A stretch of 64,000 bases of DNA from an uncultured delta proteobacterium (GCA_963840855.1 CAWJBB010000062.1:32001-96000), one strand, 5' to 3'. Shown: positions 31,111-41,436, counted from the stretch's first letter. A program made the numbers and translations. Notes: generated by a model from the sequence alone, not told the origin.

Positions 31111-32234
31111 TGGACTCTGAAAACAGATGGAACTGGCAACAGGACGACTGGCCTCGGTTCCGTCTCGACAAGTCAGCTCTCGAAGAAATGGAGGCGAAGT
31201 TTCTGCTTCACGGCGGCCTTCTGCTGGGCGCGCTCCTACATATCCGCGACGACGACAAAAGCGCCCTGACCGTCGACCTGATCAGCAACGAGGCTCTCAA
31301 AACTTCCGAGATTGAAGGCGAGTATCTCAACCGCGAGAGTGTGCAATCGTCCATCCGGCGCAATTTCGGGCTCGATACCGACGCGCGCAGAATTCCGCCC
31401 GCCGAGCAGGGCATTGCCGATATGATGATGGATCTCTATCGCAGCTTCGCCGAGCCTCTCACCGACAAGACCATGTTCCGATGGCACGGCATGCTTACAG
31501 CCGGGAGGCGGGATTTGAAAAACATTGGAGCCTACAGAACGGATAGTGAGCCGATGCAAATTATCTCCGGCCCGATTGGCGATCCGAAGATTCATTTCGA
31601 AGCGCCGCCATCGGCCGCCATGGAAAAAGAAATGGAGGGCTTCGTCAACTGGTTCAATGATACGGCGCCGCACGGCAACATGGTCCTTCCGGCTCTTACA
31701 CGGGCAGGCATCGCCCATCTGTATTTTCTCACCATCCATCCTTTTGAAGACGGCAACGGACGCATTGCGCGCGCGCTGGCCGAAAAGGCTCTGTCCCAGG
31801 TTCTCGGCCAGCCGACGCTGATTGCGCTCTCGCAGACCATTCAGAAGAACAAGAAATCTTATTACGAGGCGCTCCACCACAGCAGCAGGGAGAACGAAAT
31901 CACGGCGTGGCTTGGGTATTTCGCCGACATTGTTTTGCAGGCGCAGGAGACGACGCAGCGCATGATCGACTTCCTGATCCAGAAAACGAAGCTCTACGAC
32001 AGGGTCAAGAATCAACTCAATGAGCGGCAGGAAAAAGCTCTCGCTCGGATCTTCCGTGAAGGGGTGGAGGGTTTCAAGGGCGGCGTGAGCGCCGAAAATT
32101 ACATTTCGATCACCGGCGCTGCGCGCGCCACCGCCACGCGCGACCTTCAGGGTCTCGTCGACAAGGGCGTCCTGGTCCGCACCGGCGCGCTCAAAAGCAC
32201 GCGCTACCACTTGAACCTCGAGGCAAGAAAATAA
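31110..32234 (+). CDS. Fic-domain protein (DUF4172-type N-terminus, C-terminal wHTH)
   Basis: WNWQ..DWP, TSEIEGE, intact Fic motif HPFEDGNGRIAR, ATATRDL...V.KG. Confidence 0.92.
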   Translation: MDSENRWNWQQDDWPRFRLDKSALEEMEAKFLLHGGLLLGALLHIRDDDKSALTVDLISNEALKTSEIEGEYLNRESVQSSIRRNFGLDTDARRIPPAEQGIADMMMDLYRSFAEPLTDKTMFRWHGMLTAGRRDLKNIGAYRTDSEPMQIISGPIGDPKIHFEAPPSAAMEKEMEGFVNWFNDTAPHGNMVLPALTRAGIAHLYFLTIHPFEDGNGRIARALAEKALSQVLGQPTLIALSQTIQKNKKSYYEALHHSSRENEITAWLGYFADIVLQAQETTQRMIDFLIQKTKLYDRVKNQLNERQEKALARIFREGVEGFKGGVSAENYISITGAARATATRDLQGLVDKGVLVRTGALKSTRYHLNLEARK

Positions 32235-32441
32235 ACCTGCCAACGGCGCGCGGATTTAAGGTACCCTTACGAGGCACGTGACATCTCGGGCAAGTTCAGC
32301 AATTCCGCATCCGCAGTTTTTAGTTTAGGCTAACGCGCGGTTTTATATTCAGATCCAATCTTAGTCCGTTTTCGGGGCAAATTCGCATTCGTTTTTTTTC
32401 CTTGACAAAGGTTGGCTTCTTGTATAGTGAAGATGTACAAG

Positions 32442-32777
32442 ATGGCAACACGCCTGCCCCGAACGACTTTTGCTCCCCCCGAGCGCCGGCGCCGTTCTCG
32501 CGTCGCCGAGTTGGCCCACTCTAGCCGGCTTTTGCGCGGGACCCTCTCAGTGCGAAACCAAACCTGTGGCAAGGAGAGCTGCCGCTGCGCTCGTGGGGAA
32601 CCCCATGTCTCACTTTATCTGGTCCAGAGCCATCACGGTAAGCCTCGTCAACTCTACGTTCCCAAAGAGTGGGAAGAGCGGGTCAATCGAGCGGTTAAGG
32701 ATTATCAGGAATTGCAAACTCTTTTGGAAGAGCTCTCGGAGTTGGAGTGGAGGCGGCTGACGCGCAGGGAGGAATAA
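32442..32777 (+). CDS. IS accessory protein (DUF6788-like, Cys/His motif)
   Basis: LRGTL...CGKESCRC..GEPH...YL...GK....YVP followed by a coiled coil; lies inside the IS. Confidence 0.75.
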   Translation: MATRLPRTTFAPPERRRRSRVAELAHSSRLLRGTLSVRNQTCGKESCRCARGEPHVSLYLVQSHHGKPRQLYVPKEWEERVNRAVKDYQELQTLLEELSELEWRRLTRREE

Positions 32778-34004
32778 GCCCGTTCTTCGCCGACTGAGTC
32801 GATATTGCGAGAAGGTCTTTGCCTTATCGGAGAAGGTCATTGAAGAGGTCTCTGATGGCCGGCTATTGCCACGCATTGATACAGCGGTGGCGCTCAAAGC
32901 CGGGTTGGTGCTTTTCTGGGCTCGCCTGGGTAGCCTCAATGCCTTGGGGACAACGGCTGCGGCGCGGTTCTGGAAGCAGTGGCTGGGAGAGGATCTTTGC
33001 AGTGTGGATACGGTGGGACGGGTTCACGCCCTGATGGACGCGCAGGGACTGAGAAGGGGGCTCCATCGGATCTATGCCTGCTTGAAACGGAACAAGGCGT
33101 TGAGCGCTCTGGGAGGATGGGAGGTGGCGGTGGTGGACGGGCATGAGACTCACTCAAGTTACCGGCGTCATTGTTCGGGGTGCCTTAAAAGAACGGTGCA
33201 CACTAGCGCAGGAGAGCGCGTTCAGTATTACCATCGCCATGTGGCTTTTCTATTATTGACCGACAAGCTTCGGCTTCTGCTCGATCTGGAACCGCAACGC
33301 CCAGGAGAAGACGAGGTAAGGGCGGCGTTGCGGTTGGTGGAGCGGGTGGTTCAAGCCTACCCCCGCGCCTTTAAGGTCGTTCTGGCCGATGCTCTTTATG
33401 CCGAAGCACGGTTTTTAAATTTTTTGTTATCGCACCGCAAACACGTCCTGATTGTGCTCAAGGATGAGCGGCGCGATCTGTACCGCGACGCCACGGCTCT
33501 GTTTGGACTCCAAGAGCCTCAACCAGGGCAGTATCGGAGCCGGCAATGTCTGTGGTGGGATGTACAAGAGCTGAACACGTGGCCCCAAGTGCTCGCCCCT
33601 TACGGGTGGTGCGGTCCCAAGAGAGCTATTTTATCCGGCGGCAAATGACGGGGAATCTCGAGCAGCAAAATACCCAATGGATGTGGGTGACCACGTTGAC
33701 GCAGTCTGAAGTGTCGACCGAGCGGGTAGTCCGCTTGGGTCACGCGCGCTGGGATATTGAGAACTACGGCTTCAACGAATTGGTTAATGCGTGGCATGCT
33801 GACCACGTCTACAAGCATGACTCGTGCGCCATGGAGAGTTTCGCTCTGGTGGCATTCTTAGCTTACAATCTTTTCCATGCTTTCTTGGCTCTCAACCTCA
33901 AACCCCAGCTGCGCCGTTCCTGCACGGAGTCTTTCTGGGCCTGTGCGATGGCAGCGGAAATTTATCAAGATGCCCTGGACTCCAGAGCCGGGCATCCGCC
34001 GTAG
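32761..34004 (+). pseudogene. DDE transposase split by a 1-bp frameshift near 33596
   Basis: VVDGHE, HCSGCL, YYH, LADALY in ORF 32866; RWDIENYGFNEL in ORF 33546. Adding one C at GCCCCT restores TWPQVLAPLRVVRS. Confidence 0.8.
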
Positions 34005-34389
34005 AACTGGTTCTGATGCTTTAGCATACTATTCCATCCCACCTCCCTGGGGACTACCGGGCACTGCTTGGCCCAGCAGCCCCTAGGTATTTCTTTTGCC
34101 ACGAATATTCGCGGCTCCGAGCCCAAAAAACCATGAGAATTTGACAGATACTTTCGTACACGCCTATGGCTAAGGTTTTCAAACACTTCCAGCCACCGTT
34201 GCGGAATCGCTGGGCCAAGTTGTTTTGCCTTGACTGCCCCTGGCTGTTTGCCTAATGTGCGGCCATTCGATGCGACGGGGGGTCGCTCGTCGTGTAACAT
34301 CTTCGTTTCCAACTCCCCCTCCTTCGTCGATCCCCCGCTCGCGCGGGGGCGAAGACATGTGGGGCGCACCAGAAGTTGGAGATCTCTAT

Positions 34390-35394
34390 ATGCGTGGACC
34401 ACTCTTTCTGAAACGCATTAGGATTTTGCTGCTGATTGTCTGCGCCGTGGCAGGGCTGCCAGCTCTGGCGCCGGCGGCAGAATTTCAGGGAAGAACTACC
34501 GGTTCCGCTACTAAGATCAGACTTGGCACCCCGGTGGCATCGCTGAGCTACCTGCCAATTCATGTGGCGCTCAAGAAAGGTTTCTTTGCGAAACGCGGCT
34601 TTGACGTGGAGGTCATTCAGATGGCCGCCGGCCTGGTGACCCCGGCACTTCTCAACCGGGCGATCGATTACACGACGATACCCAGTGGGCCCGCTACGGC
34701 CGGCGCTCGGGGACTGCCCCTGAAAGTGATTTGCTTTACTTCGGTGAAGCTCCAGCATGTTCTCATCGGCCGCCCGGAGATCATGACGGTGACCGATCTT
34801 GCCGGCAAACGGATCGGTGCCGGAAGCCTTGGGACTCTCCCTGCATACGAGGTGCGCGTGCTCATCGATCGCTACAAACTGGGATCCAACACGGTCATCG
34901 TTCCCTTGAACTCCACCAACGACAGGATGCTCGGCACGCAAAGGGGAACCATCGACGGCACCGTGGTGCCCGCACCGTTCGATCTGAAGGCTGAGGAAAT
35001 GGGATTGAGACGGCTCCTGCAAATGGGCTCGATACTGCCGATCCCCCAAGCCGGCCTGGCCACCACGGAAGAAAAAATTAAGACAGCACGCCAGGAAATC
35101 ATCGAACTCCTCAAGGCTACGGTCGAAGGGCTCGATTACACCTGGAACGAGCGCGAAGGGACGATCGATATCATTGCCAAATGGATGAACCTCAATGCAT
35201 CACAAGCCGGCAGAGCCTACGATTCCGTACGCGACACTTACTCAAAAAACGGCATCCCTTCCGAAGAGCAAACGAAGGCCTATATCGCGATGCTCGGCGC
35301 GACGGCCGGCCTCAAGGGAGACGTTGCCGCTAATTCGATCTTCGATTTTTCTCTTGCCGCGGAGGCGGCGAAAGAAATGACAGGGAAAAAGTAG
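34390..35394 (+). CDS. Orphan NitT/TauT (NMT1/SsuA-like) ABC substrate-binding protein
   Basis: Signal peptide, YLPIHVALKKGFF...G.DVE.I, DLAGKRIG, FDFSL. Confidence 0.85.
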   Translation: MRGPLFLKRIRILLLIVCAVAGLPALAPAAEFQGRTTGSATKIRLGTPVASLSYLPIHVALKKGFFAKRGFDVEVIQMAAGLVTPALLNRAIDYTTIPSGPATAGARGLPLKVICFTSVKLQHVLIGRPEIMTVTDLAGKRIGAGSLGTLPAYEVRVLIDRYKLGSNTVIVPLNSTNDRMLGTQRGTIDGTVVPAPFDLKAEEMGLRRLLQMGSILPIPQAGLATTEEKIKTARQEIIELLKATVEGLDYTWNEREGTIDIIAKWMNLNASQAGRAYDSVRDTYSKNGIPSEEQTKAYIAMLGATAGLKGDVAANSIFDFSLAAEAAKEMTGKK

Positions 35395-35612
35395 CGTGGC
35401 TTGCAACCGCTCGCTAGGCGCGAAATCAATTTTACACAGGAGTCAACCGCGACAATTACCTCGACGATCATGCGCTGAGCCAGGGAAGTTGGACTTCAAT
35501 TCTGTGCCAGGTCGTAGTTCTGGAAGCCAAAGGAAATGTCATCCCCGACGATCTCATTCCTATCAAGGATATGAAAAGAAGGGAGCAGATGTGAAGAAGG
35601 AGGGACAATAAC

Positions 35613-36704
35613 ATGCCGATAATCGATGCCGATACGCACGTGGATGAGACCGAGGATACCTGGGCCTATCTGGAGCCGGGCGAAGAGCAGTTCAGACCTG
35701 AGACAGCTTACCCCAAAGAGCAAGACCCGTCTCGGCCACCCATGCGTTACTGGGTCATCGATGGAAAGCGCCACCTCCGCTTTATCCGTAGCGACGCGCA
35801 AACAAAGACGACAGTCCAAACCCGTGAACTTATGGATTTGGACGCCCGCCTGCGGGATATGGACCGGATGGGCGTTGACGTGCAGGTCATGTATCCCACT
35901 CTCTGTTTGGTGGAAATAACCGAGCGGCCAGAGGTAACCTTGGCGCTGCGGCGCAGTTACAATCGCTGGCTCGCCGACAGATGGGCGCGGTCGCGAGGGA
36001 GGCTGAGATGGGTCATGCTGCCGCCTCTAAGAACAATGGACAAGGCATTGGAGGAATTGCGTTTCGCCAAGGACCACGGAGCCTGTGGCGTGCTCAAAAA
36101 GGGAGATCGAGAAGCAGGTTTTTGGCCTGTCGATCCTTATTTTTTTCCCCTCTATGAGGAAGCGCAGCGCCTTGACCTGCCGATCTGCTTTCATACAGGA
36201 TCCGGTACTCCGGATTCTAGTCCGGCGCGCCAGTTCCCGTTTGGCGGTTTTTACCGCATCACGCTTCCTGTTGTGCATGCTTTTCAATCGTTGATTCTAC
36301 AGGGAGTGCCGGCGCAGTTTCCGCGGCTGCGCTTTGGTCTCATCGAAGCGGCCGCTTCCTGGATACCGTTTGTTCTTCACAACCTGCGCAGGCATCTCGC
36401 CAAAAATCGGGAACGACCGGCCAGTGTGCTGCGGGGGGCAGATCAATTCTTGGATATTTGCGAAGACGTCATGCGCAGCAACCACATGTATGTTACATGC
36501 CAGGTGGACGAGGATCTGCCCTATCTCCTAAAGTACACCGGCGAGGAGAATCTGCTTTTGGGGTCCGACTACAGCCACAGCGATCCCGCGCAGGAGATGA
36601 GCTTCATGCGCCGGCTCCAGGAACGCGCTGACGCGGGAGATATCGCACAATCGGTCGTAAAGAAAATTACCGATCACAATCCGAGCGCATTTTATGGCCT
36701 GTAG
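35613..36704 (+). CDS. Amidohydrolase family 2 (ACMSD/LigI-like) protein
   Basis: IDADTHVDE, DMD.MGVDVQV.YPT, YNRWLA, PICFH, GSDYSH. Confidence 0.88.
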   Translation: MPIIDADTHVDETEDTWAYLEPGEEQFRPETAYPKEQDPSRPPMRYWVIDGKRHLRFIRSDAQTKTTVQTRELMDLDARLRDMDRMGVDVQVMYPTLCLVEITERPEVTLALRRSYNRWLADRWARSRGRLRWVMLPPLRTMDKALEELRFAKDHGACGVLKKGDREAGFWPVDPYFFPLYEEAQRLDLPICFHTGSGTPDSSPARQFPFGGFYRITLPVVHAFQSLILQGVPAQFPRLRFGLIEAAASWIPFVLHNLRRHLAKNRERPASVLRGADQFLDICEDVMRSNHMYVTCQVDEDLPYLLKYTGEENLLLGSDYSHSDPAQEMSFMRRLQERADAGDIAQSVVKKITDHNPSAFYGL

Positions 36705-36744
36705 TTGTATAGCTTGAGGGCGCAGGTCACAGCGTTGACGGGGC

Positions 36745-36778
36745 TTAAAGGGGACGGGCTCACTCCTGTCCCCTTTAA
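36745..36778. terminator. Hairpin between convergent genes (possible bidirectional terminator)
   Basis: TTAAAGGGGAC...GTCCCCTTTAA inverted repeat. Confidence 0.55.
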
Positions 36779-36787
36779 ATCGCCCGG

Positions 36788-37702
36788 CTACCGTTTAATT
36801 TGCGGCAACACTTTTTCCCCAAACAGATCCAACTGCCTCGGATCGGGGTCGGCGACGCCGATGATCAGTGTATCGATGCCTTTGCTGAAAAAGTATTCGA
36901 TCTTGTCGGCGCATTGGGCGCCGGAGCCGACGATGGAGACGGGCTCTACGTCGCCGCGCAGGCGGCCGTAGTAGCGCATCGTATAAGCTTCGATGGTTTG
37001 CACGGCCTTGGCTTTGTCGTCGTTGATGGCCATGAACGCGAGGCTGGCTTTGGTGATTTCGTTGGGGTTTCTACCGGCCGCGGCGGCGTAGCTCGCGATT
37101 TTATCCCAGGTCACACGGAAATCCGCAATCGCGGCGCTGCCCGATATGAACCCGTTAGCCCAAGTGCCGGCGCGCTTGAGCGCGGTTTCGGCGCTGCCGC
37201 CGGTCCAGATCGGCGGGTGCGGTTTCTGTACCGGCCGAGGCCCAAGAGTTAGATTCTCCACGTTAAAGAATCGGCCTTTGTGGGTTACGTTGTCTTCGGT
37301 CCAAAGGCGTTTCATCAATTGGACTTGTTCCACCGCCCGGCTGCCGCGGTGCTCATATGGAATCTCGACGGCCTTGTAATCATTTTCGCGGCTGCCGAAG
37401 CCGAGGCCGAGGGTTACGCGGCCATTGGAGATGAAATCCAGCGTGGCGATCATCTTGGCCAAATGGGCCGGGTGACGCGTATTTCCCAATAACACGGAAG
37501 TACCGAGGCGGATCTTTTGCGTGGCGCCCGCCGCGGCGGCGAGAAACGTCAACGGTTCGAGGTTATCGTAGGCGATGCGGTCGATGGCCCACATCGAATG
37601 GCAGCCAATCGCCTCGCATTTCTTGGCGAAGTTCACGGCGTTTTCCGGTTTGGTCAGTGGAGCTGGGTTCACCCAGGCGAGTCCGATGCTGCGCATAATC
37701 AT
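36788..37702 (-). CDS. LLM-class flavin (possibly F420)-dependent oxidoreductase
   Basis: EPLTFLAAAAGATQKIRLGTSVL, ATLD..SNGR..LG.G.G, PRPVQKPHPPIWTGG. Confidence 0.9.
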   Translation of the reverse strand: MIMRSIGLAWVNPAPLTKPENAVNFAKKCEAIGCHSMWAIDRIAYDNLEPLTFLAAAAGATQKIRLGTSVLLGNTRHPAHLAKMIATLDFISNGRVTLGLGFGSRENDYKAVEIPYEHRGSRAVEQVQLMKRLWTEDNVTHKGRFFNVENLTLGPRPVQKPHPPIWTGGSAETALKRAGTWANGFISGSAAIADFRVTWDKIASYAAAAGRNPNEITKASLAFMAINDDKAKAVQTIEAYTMRYYGRLRGDVEPVSIVGSGAQCADKIEYFFSKGIDTLIIGVADPDPRQLDLFGEKVLPQIKR

Positions 37703-37806
37703 CTCCTCAACGGCTCATGTTAATTGGCTCAAAATAGACTAGTCCGACGCCCCTTTTCAAGTTTCAGCGACTGCGCTATATCGGCAGTACAAGGGAGGAA
37801 ACAATC

Positions 37807-38241
37807 ATGGAAGCTTCCACATTCAAACTCAAAACGCCGCACATCACCGACGGGCGAAGTCATATTCCGCTGGCGCAAACGGAACATATGACAATTGGGC
37901 TCAACTACTACGTCCCCGGCCGGAAAAATAAATTGCACACGCACCCCGGCGAAGATCATACCTTTGTCGTGATGGATGGCCAGGCGACTTTCTACAACAA
38001 AGACCATCAGCCGACGGTATTAAACAGGGGCGAAGGCATCATCCTGCCGGAAAATCATTACTATTATTTCGCTAGCACGGGCGATAAACCCCTCGCGCTT
38101 TTCCGCGTGAGCGCGAAAAAAGGCAACAAGCCTAAAGCCGTGCGAGTGGATACCGAAGGCAACAGACGGGCCAATGAGGAAATGGATTTCATCGTCGTGG
38201 ATGGCCAAGTGGTGGAAGGACAGTTCTGGGAAATGAAATGA
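37807..38241 (+). CDS. Monocupin protein
   Basis: LHTHPGEDHTF.V..G, ILPENHYY.F; GGAGG RBS. Confidence 0.82.
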   Translation: MEASTFKLKTPHITDGRSHIPLAQTEHMTIGLNYYVPGRKNKLHTHPGEDHTFVVMDGQATFYNKDHQPTVLNRGEGIILPENHYYYFASTGDKPLALFRVSAKKGNKPKAVRVDTEGNRRANEEMDFIVVDGQVVEGQFWEMK

Positions 38242-38247
38242 GGCGTC

Positions 38248-39402
38248 ATGAAAGTAACTGACGTCAAGACCACTCGGTTACGCGCTGAGATACCGACGGA
38301 AGGCCAAGTTTTTAGCCGCTCCGGTGTGAGAAGCACACGGTCAGCGACGCTGGTGCAGGTGGAAACCGATGAAGGGATTACTGGCATAGGTTCCTGCTCG
38401 GGAAACGGCGAGCTGCTGGAGTTCATTATCGCAAGGGTGCTGAAGCCGCTGATCGTCGATATGGACCCAACCGAGATCGACGCCATTTGGGACAAGGCCT
38501 ATGTGCGCGGCGGTCACAAAGAGTTCGGCACCCGAGGAATTGGTATCGTGGCGCTCAGCGGCATCGACATCGCGCTCTGGGATATCCTCGGCAAGGTGCG
38601 CGGCGTTCCGCTCTACCAATTGTTAGGCGGGAAGTGCCGCGACAAAGTGCCGGTTTACGCGACTGCGTTGTACCCGGAGGAACCATCGAAAGTCGCCGCC
38701 AGGGCGCGCACCTTCGCCGAGCAAGGTTTTCACGGGGTAAAAATTAAAGTCGGATTTGACTTGGATCAAGATGTCCGCATCGTTCGCGCCGTGCGGCAGG
38801 AGCTCGGTAAAGACTTTATCGTCATGACGGACGCGAATCAGGGTTATAGCTTGGATGTGGCCTTGCAAGCAGCGGCAGGGTTCGCCGACGCCGGCGCATT
38901 TTGGCTGGAGGAACCGCTCTTCGTGGAAGATGTCGAGGGTCACGCGGCGTTGCGCGAGCGCGGCAAAGTTCCCATCGCCGTGGGTGAGAACCTACATACC
39001 TGCGGCGCCTTTCGCGATTTCGTCGTGAGCGGCGCGGTGGACTTCTTGCAGCCGGACGTGGCCCGCGCCGGCGGCATTAGCGAAATAAGGAAAATTACCG
39101 CCATGGCAGCCAAGTATAAGGTGCCGGTGTCGTTTCACACTTGGGGGGACGGTGTCGCATTGGCGGCCAGTGTTCACCTTGCGGCGGCGTTGCAGGATTG
39201 CATCGTCATGGAACTGGATTACACTTACAATCCACTGCGAGAAGAGCTGCTGCGCGAACCTATCAACGTTCATGGCGGGTTTCTCACGCCGCCGGAGAAG
39301 CCCGGCCTTGGGGTCGAGTTAAACGCGGAAGCGTTGCAAAGATTTGCCTTTGCTGGAAGCGAGGAGCTTGCGGTCAGGCAGAAAACTCTCGGTTCAGCTT
39401 AG
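38248..39402 (+). CDS. Mandelate racemase/muconate lactonising enzyme family protein
   Basis: SGIDIALWDI.GK, KIK, DAN, WLEEP, GE, QPD, PGLGVE. Confidence 0.93.
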   Translation: MKVTDVKTTRLRAEIPTEGQVFSRSGVRSTRSATLVQVETDEGITGIGSCSGNGELLEFIIARVLKPLIVDMDPTEIDAIWDKAYVRGGHKEFGTRGIGIVALSGIDIALWDILGKVRGVPLYQLLGGKCRDKVPVYATALYPEEPSKVAARARTFAEQGFHGVKIKVGFDLDQDVRIVRAVRQELGKDFIVMTDANQGYSLDVALQAAAGFADAGAFWLEEPLFVEDVEGHAALRERGKVPIAVGENLHTCGAFRDFVVSGAVDFLQPDVARAGGISEIRKITAMAAKYKVPVSFHTWGDGVALAASVHLAAALQDCIVMELDYTYNPLREELLREPINVHGGFLTPPEKPGLGVELNAEALQRFAFAGSEELAVRQKTLGSA

Positions 39403-39535
39403 TCCGGGCGAGTTCATTGAGAAAAGGCGCGAGGCATGAGGCGAAAGGCGTGAGGAAGACTTTGCGCAAGTCCCGGGGCACTGCGAAATCTAGCTTCTTC
39501 TCGATCGATTTCTAGTAACGGCTTGCAAGGCCGCA

Positions 39536-39690
39536 AATCGTTTCAGTCCACTCCGGGCGAAAATCCTACGGCGGATTCCAGCAATTGTAGTTTTCGTCCT
39601 CGTCGATGTTTGGCAGCGAGCAACGGTTCGATTGCGCTGCCGATTTTTGTGCGCATGGAATCTTACGACACTAGCCGAGACGAAGATTTT
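39536..39690 (+). ncRNA. Candidate structured intergenic RNA (unassigned)
   Basis: Nested pairings TCGTTTCAGT/GCCGAGACGA, GGATTCCA/TGGAATCT, GGCAGCG/CGCTGCC, followed by a terminator. Confidence 0.3.
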
Positions 39691-39697
39691 AGCAATG

Positions 39698-39736
39698 AAA
39701 TCCCGGATCGCCGTTGGGCAATCCGGGATTTTTTTT
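39698..39736 (+). terminator. Intrinsic terminator
   Basis: AAATCCCGGAT...ATCCGGGATTT stem with a long T-run. Confidence 0.75.
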
Positions 39737-39823
39737 GACTCGTGTTTGGCGCCACTCAAATTCCGGTCACCATGAAGCAGGGTCTCGTCAAAGTCTTGTT
39801 GAGCAGATGAAAATCCCTCTAAA

Positions 39824-39843
39824 TCTCCCTTTATAAAGGGAGA
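39824..39843. repeat. Perfect 20-bp palindrome (REP-like)
   Basis: TCTCCCTTTATAAAGGGAGA. Confidence 0.6.
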
Positions 39844-39997
39844 CTTTCTATTTCCTTTTTTTATTCTATGTAAATACCTCGCCCAAGTCTCGACCCGAAG
39901 TTAATGGCCTAGCCCCCGGCGACCTACTCGACTCGTCTTTCCCGATAGTTTTTTATATTGTTTTAAGTTCGAGAGTTGTTAAGATTACCCGGCTGTT

Positions 39998-41374
39998 ATG
40001 TATGAGCAGGATACGATTGCGGCGATCGCCACGCCGGTCGGGGAGGGGGCGGTGGCGATCGTGCGTATGAGTGGGCCGGATGCCGAACGGATCGCGGCCA
40101 ATGTCTTCGTGCGCCGCGAAGGCAAGAATGGGAAACTGGCTTCGCACCGGCTTTATCACGGCAGGATTCAGGACCCCGGCTCGAGGAAATTTCTCGATGA
40201 AGTTTTGCTCGCAGTAATGCGCAAACCGCGCAGCTACACCGGCGAGGATATAGTCGAAGTGTACTGCCACGGCGGCGCGTTTGTTGTCCGGCGCGTATTG
40301 GAGCTGGTACTTGCTCGAGGCGCGCGCCATGCTGAGCCCGGCGAGTTTACCAAGCGCGCGTTTCTAAACGGTCGAATCGATCTGGCGCAGGCGGAGGCGG
40401 TTCTAGATATAATCCAGGCGCGCACGGAAACAGGCGTCGAGCTCGCCGTCAATCAAGCCAGCGGGGAGTTGTCCCGGTGGGTGCATGAGTTGCGCGAGTA
40501 TCTCCTGGATATTCTGGTGCAGGTCGAGGCCGCCATCGACTTCCCGGAGGAAGAAATCGAATTCCTGCAACACCCGGAGTTGATTAGGAAGATCGACTCT
40601 CTCAGATCCAAGATCGGGGAAATAATTGCGACTTACGATTGGGGTCGCATATTGCGGGACGGCGCCAGGGTGTGTATCTGTGGGCGGCCCAACGTGGGCA
40701 AATCCAGCCTGCTCAATGCGCTCTTGGGCGAGCAACGGGTGATAGTGACCCCGGTTCCAGGCACGACCCGAGACGTCATCGAGGAAGCGATCAATCTCGA
40801 CGGTTTGCCGGTAGTGCTTTGGGACACCGCGGGAATTCGGATGACGGAAGATCAAGTGGAAAAGCTAGGTGTCGAGTTGTCGTTGGCGCATGTCGAAAAA
40901 TCTGATGCGGCCATCGTAGTTCTCGATGGCTCGGAGAAGATCACGGAAGATGACCTGCGGTGCTTGGGCTCCACGAAGAGTAAAAAAAGATTGATCGTGC
41001 TAAACAAAAATGATCTGCCGCTAGCTGTCGATGTCGGAGAACTGGGCGAAGCCGTATCAGGGGCGGCTTTGTTCCACGTCTCCGCCAAAAACGGCAAGGG
41101 TCTAGATGAACTGAAACAATCACTGCGGGAGCTGTTGCTGAATCAGGAGGTCGAGGCGCCGGTGGTTTTGACCAATCTACGTCATAGAGCAGCGCTCGAA
41201 GCGAGCAACTCGGCTTTAAGCGATGCGGTTAGCTCTCTGCAAGGCCGGAACGCACCGGAACTGGTAGCGGTCAATCTGCAAGAGGCTAGAGAAAGACTCG
41301 AAGAAATATTTGGCAAGATCACGAACGATAATATTTTAGAACGTATTTTTAGTAATTATTGTATCGGTAAATAG
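39998..41374 (+). CDS. mnmE: tRNA modification GTPase MnmE
   Basis: DTIAAIATP, SYTGED, PGEFTKRAFLNGR, GRPNVGKSS, DTAG, FSNYCIGK. Confidence 0.98.
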   Translation: MYEQDTIAAIATPVGEGAVAIVRMSGPDAERIAANVFVRREGKNGKLASHRLYHGRIQDPGSRKFLDEVLLAVMRKPRSYTGEDIVEVYCHGGAFVVRRVLELVLARGARHAEPGEFTKRAFLNGRIDLAQAEAVLDIIQARTETGVELAVNQASGELSRWVHELREYLLDILVQVEAAIDFPEEEIEFLQHPELIRKIDSLRSKIGEIIATYDWGRILRDGARVCICGRPNVGKSSLLNALLGEQRVIVTPVPGTTRDVIEEAINLDGLPVVLWDTAGIRMTEDQVEKLGVELSLAHVEKSDAAIVVLDGSEKITEDDLRCLGSTKSKKRLIVLNKNDLPLAVDVGELGEAVSGAALFHVSAKNGKGLDELKQSLRELLLNQEVEAPVVLTNLRHRAALEASNSALSDAVSSLQGRNAPELVAVNLQEARERLEEIFGKITNDNILERIFSNYCIGK

Positions 41375-41420
41375 TAAGTTATATTAACAAAATATTTAAA
41401 CATAAATTCATAATATGAAT

Positions 41421-41436
41421 TGTTTCACGTGAAACT
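41421..41436. promoter_or_regulatory. parS site
   Basis: TGTTTCACGTGAAACT, 15/16 match to TGTTTCACGTGAAACA; abuts the mnmG start. Confidence 0.9.

Larger units (their letters stand above)
32297..34212 (+). mobile_element. Insertion sequence (1916 bp; DDE transposase, ISNCY/IS4-like) with an accessory gene
   Basis: Left end CAGCAATTCCGCA, right end TGCGGAATCGCTG (12/13 IR); flanks GGGCAAGTT (32288-32296) and GGCCAAGTT (34213-34221), an 8/9 TSD. Confidence 0.85.

Noticed and set aside
31236-32243. 335-aa minus-strand ORF
   Set aside because: Shadow of the Fic gene.
39490-39759. Small ORFs in the gap before mnmE, and a c-di-GMP-I riboswitch (CCGCAAA)
   Set aside because: No RBS or protein motifs, and the ORFs cross a terminator; the riboswitch P2/P3 consensus is incomplete.
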